Below, one piece after another: positions 1 through 11,273 of a DNA stretch of 64,000 bases (position 1 is the first letter of the stretch; every line of letters starts with the position of its first letter). The notes beneath the pieces were generated by a model that did not search any database, was not told the DNA's origin, and was given only the letters and a program-made list of their open reading frames with translations. The DNA comes from Geosiphon pyriformis uo1 (Eukaryota; Fungi; Glomeromycota), in NCBI GenBank assembly GCA_016748015.1, contig JAAOMT010000034.1, forward strand, positions 248,001-312,000, written 5' to 3'. Position numbers and translations under genes: made by a program.

Positions 1-3000
1 CATCCTGCAACACATACATTCAATACATCTCATCGATCTACAAGCAGCCATCACAAATGCCAGAGATTTTGAAGCCGCTGAACTCAAAACTAACCATGTT
101 CAAGCCATTAATCTAGTAATGAATGGATCATTTGAATTGGATTCCAAACTAAAACAATTTAATGATTCCATCAATCAGAAATTAGAGAAATACTTAGTTG
201 ACAATCATGCAATTTATCAACCACTACAATGATGCAATAATTCCGAAAACACGAATTATTTCCAGAATCAGTCACATCCATCATCATTAACCAATCAACA
301 ATGGCAACAAGAAACATATGTTTGCCACTATTGTGGTAAACAAGGACACCTACAAATCAATTGCTGCTATTGTTTAAATAACCAATAATCGGAAAATCAA
401 TATCGAAACTCTGATCGCTGGTTTCAAATTCCAAATAATCCACCAAACTCTGAACCATATCATCAGAATTACTTACCTATGATGCAACAGACATCTTATC
501 AACCATCATTATATTAAATGCTGATTTATCAACTAATGACACCAGTAATTTATCAGCCACAACCACAATCCATTTATTAGCTACAGCCTCAGGTAATATA
601 TCAGTCCCAACAAATTCAAACACCACCACAAAACTTATCTCAAAATGGAATCCAAAAGCCAAGATTGACCCAACAAAACTGGAGATCATCAATGATAGTT
701 CACCAACTGATCCTCAGTTCTTCCACACAACCAGGAAGATCTTGACAATAGAATTTGGGCACCAGGTACACCCAAAACCCGAATTCCCAGAACTATTTAA
801 GTTTTCTGGTTACTTCAGAAGATGCCACTTTGAACAAACCGGAACCAAATCAACCAGCAAAACCTATCCACAACATTCCACCAGCAACTATCACCAAAGA
901 CGAATCTTTAGCTGCCATCTTTTTCTTTGAACTTAAGGAAACCACAACAGTACTACTGTTTAGTGGGGCCACTCTAGAAAAAAAAACCATCATAGCTATG
1001 TACACTGATGCCAAAGTTGATGGTTAGTTCATCAAACTGATCTTGGACAGTGGATCAGCTGGCAGCATTATCACAAGACAACTCATAGACCAATTAGGTC
1101 GCTGGGTTGATCGAGCTGTCAGTGCATACATTATCATAGTTGATGAAGCAACCAAAACTCCAATTGGTGAAATTGATAACTTCTTGATTAAGATCAATGG
1201 CATTATGATACTCATCAAAGTCTTTGTAATAAAAGCCACTCAGTACCAAGTGCTAGTTGGTAATGACTGGCTCACCAAAACAAATGCCATCCTTGATTAG
1301 ACCACTCAAAAGTTGCAGCTCAGCCAGAACAGCCAACACATGAGGGTACTAGCAATGTGTGGCTATTTCAAACCCAGCAGTGTTATGCCAGTCCCACTAA
1401 TTGAGTTTAAGGAAGAGAAAAGAAAACCAACATGAGAGACATATCAAGTCTTGTGGGCCAATGAAGACCACAACAAGCTGCTGCCAATACTATCATGGAA
1501 CAACAATGGAAAGGGAAAACAAAAAGAAGAACTTACCTGGGAGACTGATGATCTGACCTAGACCGACAATGATGAAAATGAACTAACACCAAACTGGGAA
1601 TGGAAAGAAAAAAACAATAAAGGAAAAGAAAAAGAAAAAGAAACAACAACCACCAACACCACTTTTTCTAACTCCTACACTTACACTACACCACCACAAT
1701 CCACCTATCATTAACCAAAACTTATATGCATCAATTGTGGCAAGAAATTGTTGTTAATGAGCGCATGCTGTAGTAACGACAAGGAATATACAACAGCGAC
1801 CAAATTCTATCGCTGCGCATGTGTTATAGAAAGGTTTGGATGACCAAAAAGGCAAGAAAAATGGGACAACCAACCTTGTCTCACTTGTGAAGAAACTTTC
1901 TTGGATGAAGGAATGTGAAATGATATTTTAGGGCAAGGAGGAATGTGCAATGAATCATGCCAATATACAATTCTAATCAGCGACTGGATAAGGAAAGAGA
2001 CACCAATAGAAACAGCCTAAAAAAGAGCAATACAATGATTGGACAGTTGTCCACATAACAATGATGAGATCTGGCAAATAGCATTCACAAAAATAGAAGG
2101 AGCAACATCCGAAGAAATTAAAGAGATCAAAAACAACCCACCAGAATCTATAGAACTCGACTGGGACAAAGAACCAGCCATAAATTTTCTAGAACCAGAA
2201 AAATTTCATGAACACTATTAAACTTTGGCATCCACAAAAAAAGAACAGGAAGAGCATTTAGCACAGTTAAACACTCAACTATGTGACTACTGTTTGATTC
2301 CATGTGACTTTTAATATTGTAATGAGTGTGACTTCATTTACAATCCACTACTGCACATGATCTACACGATTCCAGAAGAAGAAGAACCAATCAGCAGCTG
2401 TGCATCAGAATCGGAATTGATGTTCAATCCTGATTTAAACTCTGACAATAACGACAATGAAAACAATGGTTCCAGCTCTGCTCAAAATAGCAACAAAAAT
2501 TACGATGATTTAAACTTTGATTCAAACTCCGAAACATTTATTGCACTTCCTGATCTCTTCAAGGAACAGAAACTTAAATGGTATAGTGATAATAATGAAA
2601 ATATTATGCCAAAACGTGCACATAATACCAATACAGAGTTTGATTTGAGATATCTGGAAAAAGAAGCCATCAAATTAAAACCAAATTTGCACACATGTAT
2701 TGATCTCAAAATAGCTCTGAAAATTTTAGCAACAACCATGGTCCAATTAGCATCTAAAAGTAGTTTAGCAAAAAAAAAATCAACATCAGAGGAGGAATAA
2801 TTGATGCAGAATACATAGAAAATATCATTATCATGCTACAAAATAACTTAGAAAAGACCTATATTATAGAACCAAATGAAAAAATAGCACAGACAATATT
2901 CTTACCTCTGGTGAAGATAGCTCAATTAGTTTCAATGGAAAAGAGAGAAAAATTAGGTATAACAGCAAGAGGGATATAGGGATTTGGATCAATGAGTAGA

Positions 3001-6000
3001 ATAGATATACCAGTTAATATGGCAGAGAAAAAAATTATTGACAAAGAAAAAATTATCTCAATCCATCAAACAATTTCTATTCTACCATATGACCAGTATA
3101 TGTTAGCCATAAAAAGGAAAGTAAAGAATCAAGCTCAATTGTTTAAAGCAGAAGCCACTATTTGTGAATCAAGGGAGATTGAACTCACTAATCTTTATAT
3201 ATCAGCCAAAAGCCCTAAAAATATCAAAATTTCTATCTACAATACAACTGAAAGTGTCATCAAAATACCAAAGAGAACTATCATTAAATATTTAACCACC
3301 AAAGTTGAAAATCAACCACCAAACCACATTCCAGATTTTTCACAGCTTTGTAGATATGTGGATATGTAAATATGTAAATATGTAGACATTACATGACAAA
3401 CCATCTATGGAAGAAGTAAATGTTATCTGCTCCAACCAGAACAATTGGAACAGATGAACATGAAGAATTTAGATCCACTTCAACAGATGCAACTAAAAAT
3501 GTTACTTAAAAATTTTAATGACATTTTTGCCAGTGAAAATGAATTTGGCTGCACCAACATCATCCAGCATCAAATCAAGACTGGAAATACAATGTTAATT
3601 AAACAACGAGCATACAGAGTACCAGCTAGCCATGAGATCATTTATTAGGAAATCAACCAAATGCTTGACAATGGGCTAATTTAGCCATCAATGAGTCTAT
3701 AGTTGTCATCAGTAATACTAGTCCATAAAAAAAATAGAAAATTTATTTTTCTGTAGACTACCAAAAACTGAATGGAGTAACAAAAAATGATAGCTATCCA
3801 ACTCCAAAGATCCAAGAACTATTCGATGCTTTTGGAGGAAATAAATGGTTCTTAACACTAGATTTAGATAGTGGTTACTGACAAGTAGCTATGGATCCAG
3901 CCGACAAAGAAAAAACAGCATTTACCACAAGAGAAGGAAATTTTGAGTTTGAAGTCATACCATTTGGCTTGATAAATGCTCCAGCAACATTCCAATGGCT
4001 TATGGAAATTGTCTATACTGGATTAGTATGAGAATCAGTAGTTATATACTTGGATGATACCAATGTGTTCTCAAAAACATTTGATGATTATCTGCACTAT
4101 CTCTAACAAGTGTTTGAAAGATTAAAAAGAGTTAGATTAAAACTAAATGCAACCAAATGTTTCTTTGGAAAAACTGAACTCAAGTTTTTGGGACATGTAG
4201 TGAGCAAAGATGGAATCAAAATAGATCCAGACAAAATCGAAGTAGTTAAGAACTTTCCAGTACCAACCAACTTGACAGAACTAAGAGCATTTTTAGGTTT
4301 CACAGGCTATTATTGCCATTTTATCAAAGACTTTTCAAAATTGGCTCAGCCACTTCATCATCTACAGACCAAGAATGTAAAGTATGAATAGACTGAAGCT
4401 CAACAAAAAGTGTTTGACACATTAAGAAGAAAGCTTATCCAAGCTCTAGTATTGATGTATCCAGATCACAGCAAACCATTTATAATTACCACTGATGCAT
4501 TAGGTCAAGCATTGGGAGCAGTACTATCACAGAAAAGATCAGATAAAAGAGAACATTCAGGAGCTTACACCAGTAGAAGCTTAAGTCCAGCTAAGAAGAA
4601 CTATGGAACTCCAGCACTAAAACACTTAGCTATCTATTGGACTGTCATCAAATGGAAGGAATACTTGAGTCAAAAGTTTGAAGTGTACACTGATCACAAA
4701 GGATTGACTTCAATCCAGAAACAAAAATTTGCAGACAATTACCATGCCAGATGGAAAATAGAACTTTTACTATTTAATTATACAGTACATTATAAAAAGG
4801 GAAAAGACAATGGAAATGCCAACGGATTGTCATGAATGAGACAAATCTAAAAACATTTCAACCCAAAAATATAACAAAAGATGAACACACAAAAATACCA
4901 ACAACTTTAGCATTATATAAATACTCAACTGTTCAAGGAGAAATTATCTCAAAAGGAACAAAACAACATAAAACAACAATCAAAATATTTTATCAATTAT
5001 CAAAATATACTCTACTGAAAGAACAGAAGAAATTCAAATCAACCAATCAGAGTAATTACAGAACCAGAGAAAGAGACAATATTATTTAACATGTACTCAG
5101 ATCCAACAGCAGGACATTTTCATAAAGAAGCAACCATAGAAAAAACCAGAAAAAGATATTATTGGTCATTAATGTATTCAAACATTATCTAATATGTTCA
5201 AAATTGTAATGCTTGTTAAAAAAGAGAAGAAACAAGACCAAGTGAACCATTAAGACCAATCAAAGTGGAACAACCATTCAATCACATTGGAATTGACTTA
5301 GTCAGACCATTAACAATCACCAGTAAAGGCAACAAATATATTGCAGTAGCCATAGACTATCTCACAAAATAGCCAGAAACAAAAGCCATTCAAAAAGCAG
5401 ATGCAGAATTTATTGCCGAATTCATCTATTAAGATTTAATATGTTAACACAGATGTCCAAAAGAACTACTATCAGATCAAGGAACTCATTTTGTAAATAA
5501 AACATTAACAGAATTAAGTCAGAGATTTGGAATAAAAAGACCACTATTGTCACCATATCATCTACAAACAAATGGACTAGTCAAAAGGTTTAACAGAACA
5601 CTGTGTAAAGCAATCGCCAAAATCAGTCAAGAAAACCAAAATGAATGGAATTTGTTTATACCATCAGTATTATTTGCTTATTGGACAATGAGACAAAATA
5701 CTACACAAGCAACACCATTTGAATTGGTATATGGTAGGACAGCAACATTACCAGTTAAGAGAGAAATCAGCACATATCCAACAGAACCAATAACAGAAGC
5801 TAATTTCCAAGAAACATTGTTGAGAAGAATATATGACCTAATGGAAACATTAGAAAACAGATGACAAAAAGCAGCTAATAATATTCAAAAGTCTCAAGAA
5901 AAGCAAAAAGAATGACACGATAACCAATTACCAGATAAACCAGTTGAATTCAAGATTGGAAACAAAGTACTTCTACATTGTACCAAAGCAGAAAAACAAT

Positions 6001-6031
6001 GGAGTAGAAAATTTGATTCCAAATGGGACAG
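1..6031 (+). pseudogene. Element A gag-pol polyprotein, fragmented by stops and frameshifts
   Basis: ORF fragments 755, 1043 (PR), 2039/2357, 2992, 3445, 4110/4410 (RT/RH), 5547 (IN core YHLQTNGLVKRFNRTL). The zinc knuckle, PR and spacer fragments share one frame, so gag-pol is a single ORF. Confidence 0.92.
2606..2997 (+). pseudogene. dUTPase domain of element A (between PR and RT), frameshifted
   Basis: Motif remnants EFDLRY, ASKSSLAK, GGIIDAEY, EKIAQ, RGI*GFGSM; collinear with the B copy. Confidence 0.85.
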
Positions 6032-6908
6032 TGTTACAGGTGATTATTTCTGCTGTTGAATTAAATAACAAACCCATAACTTGGTGCTCAAAAGCTACTT
6101 CCATGGATGAGGTTCTGCAAGAGTTATATCTGAAGATTTTGATGGAGTCCTTTGTATAATAGACAGAGATTCAATAGTATCAATAATAGATGTATCTTTT
6201 CAAGAGTTTTCTCAATTTCTTTCTTAGCGTGGTGGCTGAATTTAGTCTGGCAGTTGTGCTCTTCTGGTAAGCTATCTGATAATATATAAAATCCTACTCT
6301 TATTTCTGGGTCTTTTACCAGGCTATTCTTGACATTAATAACTCAATGCTTAATCCTTTAATCAATTAGTATACAACAACAAAATCAAAAAAAGAAAGAA
6401 AATAAAATAAAAAAAATAAAAATAAAGAAAATAGAGAAAATAAACCAAGGCAATTTGGTATGTTAATATCTCATCAATAGCCGTAATCAAAAACTATTGT
6501 TCCAGTGTGATTAAGTATCAATTATTATTAACATGAAGTGTTGATAGTAGAGAGTGAATTGAGATATGGAATAATTATTTATTTGATGGTTGGGAACTGG
6601 AATGTTTCTTAGATTAAATCTAACTGAAAGGTCTGTCTTTTTAGCTTCTAATCCTACTGCTATATACATAATAAGATTCCTCAATTCCTTAATTCTTTAT
6701 AACAAGAATTCTGAAATTTCTGGAATTCTATGATTCCTTTGAAAGGAATTCTGGAATTCTGGAATCCTGCGATTCCTTGTCGGGGAATCTTGAAATTCTT
6801 GGAATCCTGCAATTTTTGAGAGAAATCCTAGAATTCCACATTTACTACACCTACTTCTGATTGACTACTAATTATGCTAATATATTTCCTATATTTCTAT
6901 GAGTAACA
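6032..6908 (-). repeat. 3' LTR of element B
   Basis: Collinear with 15326-16205; terminal inverted TGTTAC/GTAACA; adjacent to the PPT. Confidence 0.95.
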
Positions 6909-6923
6909 TTATTCTCTCCTTTT
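6909..6923 (-). other. Polypurine tract of B
   Basis: Minus strand reads AAAAGGAGAGAATAA immediately before the 3' LTR TGTTAC. Confidence 0.85.
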
Positions 6924-7551
6924 AATATTGAGCTCCATCAAAATCCAACTCATTTAATTCCCTCTCCTGAAGTATTTCCTGGATTTCATTTTCGAGAATT
7001 ACTTGTGTTATTTGGGTCTGTAATTCTCTAAATTGAGCATTGGTGATCTTTCCCAATTGATTACTGGTAATCATATCCATTGTTTTGTTAAGTAATATTT
7101 CTGGTTTATCCTAAAATGCTGTGTGTATTCAGTATATAGCTTGGGCCTGTGTAGATAAGTTGTTCTTTCCTACAAAATGTTCTAATTGTTGTAGTATTCT
7201 TTTGTTGAATAATTGCTTTGTTTTATCCATATATAGATTCTGGATATTTACGTGTTGTCCCAAGTAAAAATAACAATAGTTTTGTGGAAATTGTTGTATC
7301 CACCAAGTCTAAGTTTCTCTGGTAAGTTCTTGGTATAATTTGACTATTTGTTGTTTTTTCATGGCCAATTTTATCTTAGTCATGATCTTGTCGACCACAT
7401 TTTCAAGTCTTTTCTGTGCTTTGTTTTGTGGTATCTTTGCTGTATTTTTGTAATGAATGGTTTGTTGATTGATGGTAATTTCCATCTCCTGGTGTTGGAT
7501 TAATTGAAAAATTTGTTGGGCTAGTGAATGGATATTGTTCGTAATTTTCAT
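6922..7551 (-). pseudogene. Accessory ORF3 of B (~210 aa, unknown function, env position)
   Basis: MKITNNIHSLAQQIFQ...CYFYLGQHVNIQNLYMDK...DFDGAQY*; one frame with a few stops; homologous to 16496-17125. Confidence 0.75.
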
Positions 7552-10500
7552 TTTCCTGATCTTTTCTGTCACGTCAACCATGTTCTTATATATTCTTTTG
7601 TTGATCAATTGGACATGTTGTTGTCAATAATAATAATTGGTTCCAGATCTCATGGAATCTCATCTGGTTGGACTAGTATTTTCTGTACTCCTAATTGTGG
7701 AATATTACTGGTAGATGATGATGCTATTTGGTGGTATGGTTTCAGTCAATCTCCATGTGCTGCTTTGGTCAAGATTTTGTTATTCAATCTTAATTTGTAA
7801 GCTCCATTTCCTAGAATTTCTTCTATGTGAAATAGTCCGTCCCATTTGGGGTCAAATTTTCCACTCCATTGTTTTTTTGCTTTGGTACGATATAGTAGTA
7901 CTTTGTCTCTAATCCTGAATTCAACTGGTTTATCTGGTAGTTGGTTATCATGTCTTTCTTTTTGTTTCTCTTGTGACTTTTGTATGTTATCAGCTGTTTT
8001 TTGTCATTTGTTTTCTAATGTTTCTATTAAGTTATATGTTTTTCTCAACAATGTATTTTTGAAATTTTCTTTTGTTATTGGTCCAGTTGGGTATGTACTA
8101 ACTTCTATTTCCACTGGTAGTGTTACTGTTCTATCATATACTAATTCAAATGGTGTTGCTTGTGTAGTATCTTGCTTCATTGTCCGATAAGCAAATAGTA
8201 CTGATGGTATTAACAAATTCCAATCGTTCTGGTTTTCTTGGCTGAGTTTAGCTATTGCTTCACACAATGTTCTGTTGAATCTTTCGACTAATCCATTGGT
8301 TTGTGGATGGTATGGTGATGATAGTGGTCTCTTAATTCCGAATCTTTGGCTCAATTTTGTTAATTTTTGTTTACAAAATGAGTTCCTTGGTCTGATAATA
8401 ATTCTTTTAGACATCTATGTCGACAAATCAAATCCTGATGAACAAATTTGGCAACGGATTCTGCATCCGCTCTTTGAATTGCTTTTGCCTCTGGCCATTT
8501 AGTGAGATAGTCCATGGCTACTGCTATGTACCTGTTTCCTCTGCTGGTGATTGTTAATGGTCTGACTAGATCAATTCCAACATGGTCGAATGGTTGTCCT
8601 ACTTTGATTGGTCTTAATGGTTTACTGGATTTCATACCTCCTCTTCACTGACAAGCATCACAATTTTGAACATATTGGATGATGTCTGGATACATTGATA
8701 GCCAATAGTATTTTTTTCTGGTTCTTTTCATGGTTGCTTCTTTGTGAAAATGTCCTGCTGTTGGATTTGAGTTCATGTTGAATAATATTGTCTCTTTTTC
8801 TGGCTCTGTAATTACTTTGATTGGCTGATCTGGATCCCTTCTATTTTTCTGATAAAGTATATTTTGGTGAGTGATAAAATATTTTGATTGTTGTTTAATA
8901 CTCTTTCATTCTGTTTGAAATAAATTTTTCTTAAACTGTCAAGTGTTTATATAATGTTAGAGTTGTTAATATTTTTGTATGTTCATCTTTTGTTATTTTT
9001 TTTTAGTATTGTTCTGGTTTTGTTATATTTTTTGGGTTGAAATGTTCTTAGATTTGTCTTATTTGCGACAAACCATCAGCATTTCCATTGTCTTTTCTCT
9101 TTTTGTAATGTATAGTATAATTGTATAGTGCGAGTGCCATTTTTTATCTTAACTGTCTTCCATTTCCAAATTTTTGTCTTTGGAGTAATGTTAATCCCTT
9201 GTGATCTGTGTATACTTCAAACTTCTGGCTCAAGTATTTTTTCTATTTCATAACTGTCCAGTATATTGCTAAGTGTTCTTGTTCTGGGGTTTCATAGTTC
9301 TTTTCGGCTGATGTTAAACCTCTGCTGGTATATGCTACTGGATGTTCTCTGCCGTCTGGTCCTCTTTGAGATAATACTGCTCCCAATGCTTGGCTGGATG
9401 CATCAGTGGTGATAATGAATGGTTTGCTGTGATCTGAATAAATCAGTACTGAAGCTTGAATGAGCTTTCTTTTCAAAATGTCAAAAGCTTCTTGTTGACT
9501 TTCTGCCCATTCATATTTGGTATTCTTGGTTTGCAGTTGGTTGAATGGCTGCGCTATTTTGGAAAAGTTCTTGATAAAACATTGATAGTAGCTGGCAAAT
9601 CCCAAGAATGATTTCAGTTCTGTCATATTGGTCGGCACTGGAAAGTTCTTTACTATTTTTATTTTCTTTGGATCTGTTTTGATGCTGTCTTTGCTGACTA
9701 TGTGTCCCAAGAATTTTAGCTCTGTCTTGCCAAAAAAGCACTTTGTTGCATTTAACTTTAGCTCTGCTCTTCTTAGTCTTTCAAACACTTGTTGAAGATG
9801 ATAAAGATAATCATCAAATGTTTTTGAGAATACGTTGGTGTTGTCCAAGTATACAACTATTGATTTCCACAATAAGCCAGTATAGACAATTTTTATTAGT
9901 TGTTGGAAAGTGGCTGGTGCATTGGTTAAACCGAATGGTATTACTTCAAATTCAAAATTCCTTTCTCTTATGGTGAATGCTGTCTTCTCTTTGTCAGCTG
10001 GATCTATGGCTACTTGCCAGTAACCACTATTTAAGTCTAACATTGAGAACCATTTGTTTCCACCAAAAGCATCAAATAATTCCTGTATCCGTGAAGTTGG
10101 ATAGCTGTCTCCACAAGTTACACCATTGAGTTTTTTGTAGTCCACACAAAATCGGATCTTTCCATTCTTCTTACAAACAAGTACCACTGGTGATAACTAT
10201 GGGCTTATTGATGGCTGAATTAGCCCATTGTCAAGCATTCGGTTTATCTCTTGACAAATAATCTCGTGGCTGACTGGTGGCACTCTGTATGCTCTTTGTT
10301 TAATTGGCATTGCATCTTTAGTCTTGATCTGATGCTGGATGATATTGGTTCAGCCAAACTTATTTTCACTGGCAAAGATGTCATTGAACTAGTTGAGCAA
10401 CATTTTGAGTTGCATACATTGGAGTGGATCTAAGTTTCTCATGTTCATTTGTTCTAATTGTTCTGGTTGGAGCAAATAACATTCACTTCATCCATATATT

Positions 10501-10874
10501 GTTTGTGATGTGATATCGACATATTCACAAAGTTGTGGAAAGTCTGGAATGGGGTTTGGTGGTTGATCCTCCATTTCAGTGTTTAAGTATCTAATAACGG
10601 TTCCGGCTGGTATTTCTATGATATTTCCTGTATTGTTGTAGATGGGAATTTTGATGTGGCTGTAATCTTTGGCTGATATGTGGAGATTGATGAGTCCAAC
10701 TTCTTCTAATTCACAAAGACTGGCTTCTGCTTCAAAAATTTGTGCTTGGTTTTTTTCCTTCTTTTCTATTGCTAGCATGTACTGGTTATATGGTAAAATA
10801 GAAATAGCTTGACCAGTTGAGATAATTTCTTCTTGGCCAACAATTTCTTTCTCTGTCATATTAATTGGTACATC

Positions 10875-11273
10875 TATTCTACCCATTGATCTAAATCCCT
10901 GTATTTCTCTTGCTGTTATTCCTAATTTTTCTCTCTTTCCTACTAACACTAACTGAGCTACTCTAACCAGAGGCAGGAATATTGTCTGTGCTATCTTTTC
11001 ATTGGGCTCTATTATATAGGCCTTTTCTGAATCATTTTGTAGTATAACGATGATATTTCCTATATATCCTGTGTCAATTATTCCTCCTTTTATATTAATC
11101 CCTCTTTTTGCTAAACTACTCTTAGATGCTAATTGAACTATTGTTGTTACCAGAATTTTTAGTACTACTTTTAGATCAATGCAGATGCATAAATGTGGTT
11201 CCAATTTGATGGTCTCTTTTCTTGGATACCTTAAATCCAACCCTGCATCAGTATCATGCACACATTCTGGCAT
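10875..11273 (-). pseudogene. dUTPase domain of element B
   Basis: All five trimeric dUTPase motifs are recognisable: AGLDL, ASKSSLA, GIIDTGYIG, EKIAQ, REIQGFRSMG (degenerate RG..GFGSTG). Confidence 0.9.

Noticed and set aside
742-930. Overlapping ORF suggesting a gag/pol programmed frameshift in A
   Set aside because: The zinc knuckle (323), 755, PR (1043), 2039 and 2357 are all in one frame, so gag-pol is a single ORF; 742-930 is an off-frame shadow.
5944-6159. ORF spanning the A/B junction; also LTR ORFs 15978-16172 and 17861-18223
   Set aside because: These are chimeric or repeat-derived frames crossing element boundaries, with no protein motifs.
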